Part shown: positions 9,242 to 20,000 of the stretch, in pieces
Layout: each line of letters begins with the position of its first letter
How positions within the stretch are numbered: position 1 is the first letter of the stretch
Source of the DNA: Cirrosporium novae-zelandiae
Taxonomy: Eukaryota
NCBI GenBank assembly: GCA_026023565.1
Contig: JAPETS010000071.1
Coordinates: 59,541-79,540 of the forward strand
Direction of reading: 5' to 3'
Length of the DNA: 20,000 bases
Position numbers and translations under genes: made by a program
The notes under the pieces: model-generated
What the model saw: the letters and a program-made list of their open reading frames with translations, nothing else
Told to the model about the DNA's origin: nothing
The model's database searches: none

Positions 9242-11514
9242 AGAAGTGCAAGGACACGGACAAGGACACGGACTCCACACTCTGCATTTCATTTGTTCAT
9301 GATACACAGAAACGGGCTTGGGATATAGCATAAGCATAACCCCCTCAGGAAGGAAGGGAAAAGAAGACCCAGAACAAAAAGATACGACCCAAAAATGCAC
9401 GCATGCATACAAATTGATTGATGCACACGATATGATTATGACAAGAAATGAAACGATCCCTTTATGACAACGGACAATCCAGAAAAAAAAAATCCAAAAA
9501 AAACAACACACACATTAAACAATGATATGACATTTTGCATATGGTGGGGGGCTACGGTACGGTACGAAGGTTAGCACTTTACGGGGGTATGTGATATGCA
9601 GGGAGGTACGAGGTAGGTATGTGGGGATATCATAATTCAAAAAAAGGGTTCATGAAAAAGAAAAGACAACTTTTTTTCTCTCTCTTGCTTGCTTGTGAGA
9701 ATGGTGGAATGGATTGATGGATGTATATGTATTTTGTTAGTCGGTTAGCTGGGTCAGGTATGATAGGTAGGTAGGGTAGGGAGTTATGGAGCTTTACGGG
9801 TATGATGGGGTATGGATTATATGGGTATGGGTTATATGGGTTATTATGGGGTTATTCATTTGTGTGTGTATTCGTGTGTTCGTGTGTGCGTTGCCAGGTT
9901 GTAACACAGGAGACTCTATTCTATTCCATTCAATCATATTTTTCTCATCATCGTCAACCAATGCCGTACTATACCATACTATGGTCATGGCAGTCTACTC
10001 AGTCCATAGATAGTAACGTAAGTGACCTACCTACCTAGAAATTAATCACTTACCAACCAAAAACCCATACTTTTTTTTTATTTTTGGTTTATTAGGAGCT
10101 GGCTACTTACTGTTGTTGTATATATATATGCATGTATGGATATGTTTGATATAATAATTTTCGGTTATTTGTGTGATGAGTGTTGGGTGAAATAGGAATG
10201 TAGTCTATGTATATATATGTGTATGTTAAAGATTTTGAGTAATTAATGTTGGGTGATTAAGATTGAAAGTTATAATTAATATATTGTATCATACTGATTT
10301 TAAGATTTATGATTGAAGAGGTTTACAACTGATCTTTTAGTCTAAACTAGACTACACAGACTTCTAATTACTAAGGTTGATTATATAAAACTTGAAGCTT
10401 TAACAATTTGAAGCTTTATGTCAAGGATTTTTTAATTGAAAAAAAAAATTCTAATAATAATAATAATAATAATAATATTAAAAGTTGTTTGGTTGTAAAT
10501 TTATTTATTTATTAGGGAAATAGGTGTAGTAGTGTGAAGTGAAGTGAATGAATGAATAGAGAGAGGTAAGTAAGTAGAAGGTTTTAGGGGAGGGGGTGAT
10601 CAATTCCTTCCTAGGTAATTAATTTATTTTAAATATATAAACAAATAAATCCCATGACATGATACTATCTACCTCTTTCTCCTCTCCTTCTTCTTCTTCT
10701 TCTTCACCCATCTCCTTCCCCCCTTCTCCCCAAACAGCCCTCCAAGAATAAATAAATAGATATATTTCATAGATATATAATAGTCCAGATATGCATGTAT
10801 GTATATATTTTAACAAAACAACAATACACATAAAATACACCATCACCACCACTATGCCACGGGTGGTTTTTTCCAAAAAACAAAAAAAGCAAAAAGGGAG
10901 GTTTGTTTGAGGGGGTTTTGTTTAAAACGTAAATTGATTTGTGTACACGGACACATGTGGATATGTGGATATGACAAGCCATGACACAACCATGGCTGCC
11001 GTGGAGGGAGGGGGTTTGTGTTTGTTTTGTTTTCATCCCATTCTTGTGTTATTGATGGGTAGATAGGTAGGTGGACAAGTTACAACATCCCCATCCCAAT
11101 CCTCATTCCCGTCCCAAATCCCCAACCATATCCGTGTCCGTGTCCATATCCATATCTCATATCAATATCCATATCCATATCCACACCCATCCCAAAGAAA
11201 CTGAAGCCAAAAGCCAGAAGCCAAAAAAAAATCCAACCGAAACCCTCAAGCCATAAACATCCATAGTACATTCATTATTCAATGTGCCTTTTTTTTTCTT
11301 TCATTGCTAACAACATGTCAGCCGATACCAACCGACAGCACAGCCATGCCACGCCACGCCACGCCACACGATTTCCTCGAGCTTACGCCTTTTTTCCACC
11401 CCTCATATTCCTGCCTTCCCTTTTTCATGAGAACCATCCGTCCATCTGTCCGTAGATGGTGGGTATATATATCTTTGCTCCATCCAACAAAAAAATAAAG
11501 CATAAAAAAACTTG
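9242..11514. other. Convergent intergenic region: two 3' ends, low complexity, many 4-7-nt tandem repeats, AT-rich core at ~10030-10660
   Basis: Lies between the stop codons of the + strand unknown gene and the - strand bZIP gene. Its ORFs translate to simple-repeat peptides. Confidence 0.7.
10452..10475. repeat. (TAA)8 microsatellite within an AT-rich tract
   Basis: Directly visible, just after an A10 run. Confidence 0.9.
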
Positions 11515-13483
11515 TTAAAAAATCGCATGATTAATGGCAGCATCAACATCTTCCCTCCTAAACCCAGGACTTCGGCCTAAGCAGATAGATCTACCAACCA
11601 TTGCGGTAATCATTTTCTCTACGTCTAGGAGTTTGGAGGTTCGTCTTCCCATATTGTCGAAAGAGATGTCTGTGAAGTCGATGGAATCGGAGGGGGGAGG
11701 GCGGAAGTAGAGTTCGAGTTGGGGGGGTGAGATTTTGGGTTTGGCGATGGGGAAGGTCAAACAATCTAATTGGGCTCGTGATTGGATTTGGGTTGCTGTA
11801 AAGATAGGGTCGGTTGGGTTTGCGTCTCCGTCGCTGGGGGTTTTAGGAGGGTTGGTTTCCACGGTTTCTCTTGGTGAGTCGTCTGGCGAGCTAAGCATTG
11901 GAACTGGAGAAAGAGGTAGTTCTACAAAGGTGGTGCTGCCGTCGAGGTAGATGCCGCGTTCTTTTAAGTATTCCTCGACGTCGTGGGCATCGAACCATTC
12001 GCCGTCCAAGCCAGTGAGGTAGAGCATTAGGTCTGGGTCCTGAATTCCTTTTTCGTAACCCTCGAGGGGAGATTCGGGGGTACTGCTTATGTAATGTCCT
12101 ATTAGACGGTATGGGGAGATCATGTTGGCTGGGTACGTGGGGTTTCCATTTTTGTCGCGTACAGGATAGTGTAGGCCGGCACCGCCTAAAGTGTAAAACG
12201 GGGCATCCCAGTTATCGAGGGGCTCGCTAGTTGATTTCATAAGGCCTCTCTTGATAACTTCAAGGACTTGAGAACGGGTGGCATATGTAAATGTGAGCCG
12301 AAAGAGGCGTCTGATCTCTGCAGGGTCAGCTCTTGGATCTGAGAGGACCTGGAAGCCGCGCTCGTAACACGTGCGAAAGAGGCGACGGGAAAATGTCGTT
12401 TCTTGGAAGCTGTAGGTGTATGGGGAAGAGAGTGTTTTGGTTGTCAGACTGGGAGACGGCGCAATGGTGAGTTCGGGGAGCTGAGCATGGAAAATTTGCA
12501 TCTGATGCTCATCGCTTGACGGATATATATTACTGGTTTCCGGTTGGATTTCGCCTTCAGACGACGAAGCTCTGGGAGGAAGATTATTGGATGGGGAGAT
12601 ATCTGGCATGGCTTCATCTGCAGCATGTTGAGGTTTGGATTGTGTGTTTGACGATGCTGGCTTCTTGGCGTTCTTCTCCTTTGGGGCAGTCATTACCTGG
12701 TCATCTTCTTTTTCGCCTTCCTGAATATAATCACTTTCGGAATCAGACTCAACAATTCTTGCAAGTTGTAGGAAATGCTCCGTGGTAGTATGTAGTTGGC
12801 GAGCCAAGTCGGGTTGGTTATTTATGGCACTGGACCCGAATAGGGTATCATTAAATTGCAAAAAAGATTGATTCATTTCCTCAATTGTCTTCTCCAGATC
12901 AGAAACCCTTTGTTTTAATGTAGTAATTGTGCTCTCCTTTCGCATACGGTACGCTCGTTGGGCTAATCTAATTTGGGTTCGACGTCTCTGTATGCTGTTA
13001 GGATTGAACAAAATGGATAACTGGAGTTCTAACCTCAGCCGCACTCTCATCTTTAGCAGCCACACGAGGCCGTCCTTTTGGTTTCTTTGGTTCCTCCTCA
13101 TTGCCCTTCTCCCCTCTCTTTGCTCTTTTTCTTGAATTTGGTGCTTTCTGACCTTGCTCAGTTGTACTCTGTGAAGTACTGCTGCTGTCTTCTCGGACGA
13201 TGCCGAGGTACATTTGGTTGTTCTTGGTCTGTTGCCTAGGTTGCGGGACGCCTTCTTGATAGCTTTCGGCAGATAGTATACTCAGATCCATGGACGGTTG
13301 AGACACCTTATGCAGAGGTGTTCGGGTAATGGGTCCAGGAGTTCTAAATGTAGGTGACAAAAGAATCCGTTCGGAGCCAGCGACTGTAGTCTCCAGGTAG
13401 GGCAAAGCCTGGAGTGCGCGGTCCTGGTCTCCGAGATACGTCTCGGTTCCATCTAGAAAGAAGGGGTAGTTGTCATAATCCAT
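11515..13483 (-). CDS. bZIP-domain transcription factor (fungal subfamily with QIRLAQRAYR basic region), ~640 aa, 2 exons
   Basis: Exon 1 13483-13034 (MDYDNY...KGRPRVAAKDESAAE), 46-nt intron 13033-12988 (GTTAGA...CTAAC...CAG), exon 2 12987-11515. The join gives ESAAERRRTQIRLAQRAYRMRKESTITTLKQRVSDLEKTIEEM, a basic region followed by a heptad zipper. An in-frame TAA lies just upstream of the ATG. Confidence 0.9.
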
Positions 13484-14258
13484 TATTGATTAAAGCGGAT
13501 AGATCAGTAATCGTTGATAAGGGTGGGGAAGCTTGCTCCAACGGCCGCAATCGCAGCACTGATCAATGACACTGGATAGCCTGATCCTTGGCTTCAAGGG
13601 CTTGACAAGAATCACCAATGATTGATGAGATAGATGTTTCTCCTCCGTAAGAATGGTATGCAGATCAGTGTTGGATCTTTCTTTGGGTTCAGCCCTATGA
13701 GTCTTGTTAATCCTATGGAGATATAATGAACCAAATGAACCAATTCTCTCGAATAGTCAACATGAGTATAACTCCAAGACAAAGGTGACGTTAAGGGCTA
13801 CAGAACATTTTTATTCCTCATCAACATGACCCTATGTTGAAAGTCTCGGACTCCGAGCTGATTGACATGAAAGGAGGATTGTGAAAGTATACGAGTGTAG
13901 CATCGTGATTGGTTTCTTTGAAGATGGCTTTTTCAATCATTTGTCAGCTTCAAAAAGCAGCAAGGCTTTTTGATAGTTAACTTTTCATCCTTCTAACTTC
14001 TTTAGGATGTTTATACCGAGAATCTCACCTAAGTAGTAACATTAGGGAGTTAAGGCGGCGACAATCAGTAATCAAGTCCTTGAGCAAAGCTGACCTTTTC
14101 ATGCACTTACTTAAGTAGTTAATTCTCACTAGCTAAGGAACTAAACATACAGCCATGAAAGCCCCCGTACACCCCCAGCCTGAGCATTCTTCTAAATACA
14201 TTCATTATACTTTGTACCCCCCCCCCCCCAGAAACGCCTTTGTACTCCTTTCTATTTA

Positions 14259-15863
14259 TCAAGAACTTTCATCTTCACCAAATAATTCCTGGTTCAATTT
14301 CTCCGTATCCACGTTTTCATCATCAGATAACGTTATTGCGATCCAACCTCTCACCTTGCCGTCAGTCGCCAGAATTGTGACATCCTGCGTCGCCTCTTGC
14401 TTCTCGCTTTCTCGTTCGATCTTGACAAACCCTGCTTCCTCTTCCTCTTCCTCTTCCATCTCCATTTCGAGCTTACTCGTATTGCCAACTGCAACTCCAT
14501 TTTGTCGTAGCATTTGTAGTATAGCACGAACATTCAAACATAATATCCTTTCCGGTTCATCTGCTTTAACAAATCTCTTTGTTACCCAAGGGAAAAGGAT
14601 ACCAAAATCGGACTGATTAAGATGTGCAGAACTAATTGGATAGAAGATATAGGGACTTGGCTTATCAGATGGTCTTTTTTCCGATGTTAAACTGGGATCT
14701 GCAGACAAGACACGCTTTGTAGCGGCAAGGTTAGAGCTCCACTTGTAGAAGCCTTCACTTAGTATTGACATGAGAGATGAACCTTCAGAACCGGCAGGCG
14801 ATGCATAATTTGGCAAAGGACGATTCCAGAGCCACCGAGTTGACGGGGAGAGTAGCGGAAGAATCCAGAGGTCAAGAAGAATAATGGGCGATCTTGGGGT
14901 AATTTGGCTGACCAAAGGGGATCCTGCGTCTGGCTCAAAAAGCGGAGAATAAGTGAAAGCATTTGGATCTTGAATCTCCGGATGCTTCGAATGCTGCCAA
15001 AACACGGATTTTGTAAATTGGACCGTAGTTACTGCTCCGAATGAATGGCCTGCCCATATAATACTTCCAGGCTCGTGTACTCCAAGTTTACCCTTAAACA
15101 TAGAAAGCTTCAGGTCTGAAAATCTATCCAAAGCAAAGTTCTCGAGTGGCTTCCCAGCGTCAAGTTCCAGCAGAATGGAGTGGACAAGACCTAGTTCCCA
15201 TAATCGAATTTTCAATTGTTCATTGCGCGCATCCATTACTTTTTTGGTCTTTGTATGCGCCATAATTTTGTACTCGACGGGTTTTTCGATATTTCCTTCG
15301 ATATCTTGGATGAAGGTAATTGGTACACTCCCATCTCGATGCTCTGTTGCAATAACAACTAGACCATGACTTGCTAGAGAACCTACAATATGACTGTATG
15401 AGTTGCGAGTGCCCCCTAAACCATGAGAAAAGACCATGACGGGCCACCTTTGCGATTCTGCAGGGGGGGGAAGTAGTTTCGCATTCTCGAGCACAGGAAT
15501 TTCGATGTGATATAACTGCCATGATAGGAACCTGTCAAAGAAAATGTTAGTTGGCTACTTAATTCCTGTCGTGTGACTGATTTGAACATACGAGAGCAGC
15601 TCCGAAGTCCATCTACCAATTCCCAAGAAGCGCATATAGCTCCTGACATAATCTCGTTGGGGTTCTGGTAACCAGTAAACGGATCGAGATGAAACTGGTT
15701 CGCAAGGATAAAATATTCGGCATTGAATGGTTGAGATGGTTGGATCAGGTGAAGCAGAAGGCGATGTAAGGTCTGATATTGGAATCTCTAGATCGACGCT
15801 GCCAACTTTATATGGCCCAGTGTAAGATGGGAACGAGGGGATGAAGGGGATGAAGGACGCCAT
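14259..15863 (-). CDS. Platelet-activating-factor acetylhydrolase family phospholipase A2 (alpha/beta hydrolase, PAF-AH II / S. pombe Plg7-like), ~514 aa, 2 exons
   Basis: Exon 1 15863-15592, 60-nt intron 15591-15532 (GTATGT...CTAAC...CAG), exon 2 15531-14259 (1545 nt). Family motifs: P.YTGPYKVG, RIFYP, PVMVFSHGLGGTRNSYS, EHRDGS, nucleophile GHSFG, LLDLW (Asp), AHLNQSDF (His). Confidence 0.93.
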
Positions 15864-15933
15864 CTTCTAATAGTTTGGTACTGTATCAGGAATGTGAGTG
15901 GGTAGGTAAAATCCCCCTCTAATCAAAGAGGAG

Positions 15934-15957
15934 TAGTAATAGTAGTAATAGTAGTAA

Positions 15958-16038
<81 letters not shown>
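15934..16038. repeat. Trinucleotide microsatellite, ~35 units of TAG (three are TAA at 9-nt spacing at the left end)
   Basis: Directly visible; lies ~70 nt upstream of the PAF-AH start codon. Confidence 0.97.
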
Positions 16039-17115
16039 GATATACAATGAAATTGTATAAATAGATCTATGTCTAGAATATGTACACAAGGGCAAGGCAA
16101 GAACGGAAAAGAAAGTAAAGGGATAGTTGGATAGTTGGATAGTAAAGATCGGTGATGTTTTCTGCTATCAGTGCTTTTGACCGAGGCAAGCGTGTACGGT
16201 ATCCATGTATCATTGTATCTTTACGTGTACCAAGCATACATGGATTAATGACGTTTGGAAAGGCTGGTTGGTCGAAAAATTCCAGCCTCGTTGTTACCGC
16301 CTTTCCGGTCGTCGACTTGGGCTTTCGCTGGCCCTGACTAGGCCCCATTTGGTAAGGAAACATGTGAGGCACTCAACTCAGGCATTCATGGCATATTCGA
16401 CGTGGACTACCAAATTCTGAGGGCCTTTGCAATTCTTAATCCTCTGACATGGAAATAATCTTCATTGTTCTATGCTCTCTGGTACTTTTAGCCATTTGAC
16501 TTCACATAATAAGCTCTTCAGCAGTCATTCTCCGTCGGACAATACACCATCTACTGGGGTTAACCCAATATCCCAATATCAAGCCTGGACATTGTTACTT
16601 TCATCTATATCAGTCTTTCAAGAAATGAACGAGTGACTTGGGTGTTCTTTGGCCGCACCAACAGTCATGGCTAGCTAGCTATATGGCCATGTCCTGTGTG
16701 ACCAAATCCTTCACTTCTATTGACTCACCAACCTAGCAATCCAACCCTGACTCAAGGATGCAGAGCGCCACAAAGCATATTGAGAAACGAAGGCTTTCCA
16801 GGTGCTTTTTGTTTGTTCAGATTCAGTCTACAGAATGTTGAGCTAGTTTCTTTTTTGACCGCTCACTTATCGCAGGTCGATCTTTCCTGCCTGAGGTATC
16901 TGATTCGATAACGGATTCACGTGCCCCTTTAAGATGCTTTTAGCCCAATCTCGTTGTGTATCGGACGGTCCCGCAACTCTTTTGCGACCCTCAACCATCG
17001 ATTACAACTTCAATCTTAAGACACTATTAACTTTTCCTGTATACAATTCTACCATTTTCGCTTTAAGCCTCTCATGTTATTCCAGCAGATTTCTACTTGA
17101 TTTGTATACACAGCC

Positions 17116-18296
17116 ATGCCTCGTCCGCGAAATATCTCAAATGTTTCAAATGATTCCTCCGTTACGGAGCGACAGCAGGTTAGCTCTCGAATATTTGGAT
17201 AGCTTCGGAGAATGATCCTGCTAATGACTACATGGCTTTCAGGAGCTGGGTAGTATGTACGACTACTTGGCAAAAATAATATTGCTAGGTCCGAGTGGCT
17301 CTGGAAAGTCAGTACATCTCCAGGTTTTGGATTAAAAGGTGTTGACAGGCCTGTTAGGTCGTGTATTCTCCATCGATTCGTGAAGAATGAATGTCGGTCG
17401 AATTCCCTTCCCTTTGCGATACATGTTGGTTGACCTTTTTCATAGGGCGAGTTTTATCCGCACAAACAATCGGGGTGGAGTTCTCCTCGAAAATCATAAA
17501 AGTTGGTACTGGATCGCGACGAAAGCGCATAAAACTCCAATTGTGGGATACTGCTGGGACCGAACGATTTCGTTCAGTATCGCGATCATACTATCGTGGG
17601 GCTGCCGGCGCACTTTTAGTCTACGACATTACATCGCATGCCTCCTTTACCTCCCTTCCCACCTTTCTCTCCGATGCGCGGGCTCTTGCTTCTCCAAACC
17701 TGACTGTGCTGCTGGTCGGCAACAAGTCGGATGTATCCGAAAGTAATGATAATGATTATTTGGATGGTACTGTGCGACCTCCAACCGCAACATCAAGTGT
17801 ATCAAGTAGACAATCTGGTTTTACAACTGATACTGGCAGCGGGTCCCTGAGGTCGCATACTTCGCTAGGATTCGGATCAAAATTAACAGCGACCATTGCA
17901 CCTGAGGGAAGAGAAGTGTCCTCGGATGAAGCTGCGCGATGGGCCTCCTACAACAGAGTTCCCGTCTCAATGGAAGTATCTGCATTGACAGGAGATAACA
18001 TCGACGAAGTATTTTCAAAGCTGGCACGAACAATCCTTACCAAAATAGAGCTAGGAGAGATTGACCCGGATGATCCTCAAAGTGGAATACAGTATGGGGA
18101 CAGTCTGTCTTGGGGGATGGGTACAAGCGACGGCGGAAGTGTAAAGAGCGGCACGACGATAGATGGTGGTGATGGGATTCCCAGAATAAGGCGAAGAAGG
18201 GTGCCGAATAATAGCTGGAGACAAGGAATGAGGGAATGGGAGGAGGTGTTCCGACTCAGTAGTTCCAACTCTAGGCGAAGAGGAGGCTGCTGCTAA
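17116..18296 (+). CDS. RAB4: Rab-family small GTPase, Rab4/Ypt4-like, ~337 aa, 4 exons
   Basis: Exons 17116-17178, 17243-17307, 17358-17392, 17446-18296 (1014 nt, in frame). Motifs: [18 protein letters not shown] (G1), [10 protein letters not shown] (G2), [34 protein letters not shown] (G3; [10 protein letters not shown] is typical of the Rab2/4/14 group), GNKSD (G4), EVSAL (G5), [17 protein letters not shown] (Rab4-like), terminal GGCC prenylation signal. The ORF-track start at 17391 runs into intron 3 and is not the real start. Confidence 0.92.
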
Positions 18297-18717
18297 TGTC
18301 TAATACTCAAGATGAATATACTTCCATGACAGGGCCTTGGGCCTTATGACTATACGAAGTTATATATATATATAATCATTGTGGATACCCTAGTTAATAG
18401 AAAACCATGGCTTTATATCCCAGAAAAATGTCTTTTTATGTTATAGGGTAGCAAAGTCAAGCTGATGGATAACTGGGCAATGGATAACTTTATTGCTACC
18501 AATGATGGGCATTGGGCACTGACGGGCATTAACAAAGTAAACTTCCCGGAACTAAGCCACACTTCAACCGCGTCACCTTGGATTAGCTGTGCCTCTGTCT
18601 GTACCTCTCTCCATACAATCAACTACTTAGTACCTTAAACATCAGACATATAAATCAAAAAACCACCGCCTATTCTCAAGTTAAAAAGTCCAACCGTTAT
18701 CTCGAAATCCATCAAAC

Positions 18718-19633
18718 ATGGCTTTTTGTATCACTTTCGGAATGCACGGTCAGTTTTGCCCTTGAACATAAAGTCAGTCCTATTTACTAAATCAACAACA
18801 ATACATACAGACTTCACGTCACCTCTTGAAGGATATGAACATGTCACTGCACAATGCCACAACTGTAACTGCTTTACTTCTAGGATGGGCATTTATATAT
18901 ATGTCCAAGACGAATTATTTTACTAATACAAAGCTCTCGAAAATCTTTAATAGGTGGAAACTGGTCTGGTCATTGCATAACCCGATGGTAAGTTATAAGT
19001 TATAAGTATAAGTATATATATTAGGGCTGGAGCTATCTACCTATCTACCTTGGTAGCTAGCTAAGCAACCCCCCCCCCCTCAAATCAAAACAAAAAGCTG
19101 TGCAAAGAGTTCTACTGTACTAGGAAGCCCTAACTAACTTATTTACCAACTCAACCTATAGGCCATGGTTCACCCTTTGCTTTGTCGTATGTGGTTTTTC
19201 CCCCAATCAATTTGAATCCCGCAACCTACCTCTCCATCCATCCATCGCCCTCGCCCCCGGCGCTCAACCATGAAAATAATTCTCATCTTCTATCTATCTA
19301 GCCCGTCCTCCCTCTATCCTTCAAAAAATATAAAGAAGTATACTGCCATATCTGTCGGTTCCAACAAGACCTAAGGTTCGTTCATTCATTCATGCTCTCT
19401 TTTCTTTATTTCTTCCTACAACCCCAACCCCAACCTCTAAGACTCCAATAGAGAATAGAATAGAATACTAACTCCAAACTCCCACTTCCATTTTCATCAG
19501 TGCACGTCCAGACGTACAATCCCAACATCCCTCAGCAAATCCCGCGCCCAATTACCAAGTATCCGGCGGAGGAGGTCCACCACCACAACCACCCCAAGCA
19601 CCACCAGGCGGCGGCGGCCATACCTATAAATAA
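18718..19633 (+). CDS. Small zinc-ribbon protein, UPF0768 / yeast YBL029C-A-like, 116 aa, 6 exons
   Basis: Exons 18718-18748, 18811-18864, 18954-18987, 19162-19186, 19302-19375, 19501-19633 (351 nt), all GT..AG with matching phases. Protein: MAFCITFGMHDFTSPLEGYEHVTAQCHNCGNWSGHCITRWPWFTLCFVPVLPLSFKKYKEVYCHICRFQQDLSARPDVQSQHPSANPAPNYQVSGGGGPPPQPPQAPPGGGGHTYK. Two CxxC knuckles flank a WFTxxFxPxxP hydrophobic segment. Family assignment is from memory of the motif. Confidence 0.85.
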
Positions 19634-19984
19634 ATAAAATATAACCTCCACCTCACTTGAGTTGAGTGGAGGGGAGGGGAGGATGCGTGTGGGAATCCAA
19701 AAAGAGAAAAAAGACAAAAAAAACACTTTTGAATGACTTAGAAAATACCAATTTCCTCTTCTCAATTCCTATGGATGGGATGGGTGGGTGGGTAGGGTTT
19801 CAATTACGTTTGGAGAGGGAGCGGAGAGGGTTCAACTTCCTCCTAGGTTCCTGGGTTTTACCTCTTTTTTTCTTTTCCTTATCTTTCCTTTATAATGGAC
19901 GGACAGTACAGACGGACGAGACAGTACGCATGAACGAATACAAGCCCTTTTCTTTCCTTTCCTTTTTTGATTTTTTTTTGGGAT

Positions 19985-20000
19985 GGGGGGGGGGGGGGGG
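19985..20000 (+). repeat. Poly-G run (at least 16 nt, truncated by the window end)
   Basis: Directly visible. Confidence 0.9.

Noticed and set aside
9786..11503. Cluster of 60-90-aa ORFs in the convergent intergenic region
   Set aside because: They are products of short tandem repeats; I could not assemble a splice-consistent gene model.
14155..14616. 153-aa + strand ORF
   Set aside because: Mostly antisense to the PAF-AH 3' end; its poly-Ser mirrors the poly-Glu tract.
11515..15863. bZIP plus hydrolase as part of a secondary-metabolite cluster
   Set aside because: No PKS, NRPS, terpene synthase, tailoring enzyme or efflux pump in the window; the neighbours are housekeeping-type genes.
15867..16100. 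Poly-tyrosine ORF ending 3 nt before the PAF-AH ATG (possible uORF)
   Set aside because: It is the translation of the (TAC)n microsatellite, starts at TTG, and I found no ATG in this stretch on that strand.

Overview
Eukaryotic DNA from a filamentous ascomycete (Pezizomycotina; Eurotiomycete/Onygenales-like is a guess), judged from short GT-AG introns with CTRAY-type branch points and the protein families present. Six intact intron-containing genes were reconstructed by hand, with splice phases checked: (1) a 7-exon Ca2+/H+ exchanger (CAX/Vcx1 family, - strand) with a 4-nt first coding exon, a probable 3-nt microexon and a very long central loop; (2) a divergently transcribed ~853-aa disordered protein with a C-terminal Cys/His-rich domain; (3) an atypical bZIP transcription factor; (4) a PAF-acetylhydrolase-family hydrolase; (5) a Rab4-like GTPase with DTAGT in place of DTAGQ; (6) a 6-exon, 116-aa zinc-ribbon (UPF0768-like) protein that the ORF track essentially misses. 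Intergenic DNA is rich in microsatellites. I recognised no RNA gene, transposon ORF or biosynthetic cluster, and no proven new system. The best lead is inferential: the CAX/unknown-gene divergent promoter has three tandem Crz1-type GAGGCTG motifs and eight PacC-type GCCARG sites, and the unknown partner protein has candidate calcineurin and PP1 docking motifs.
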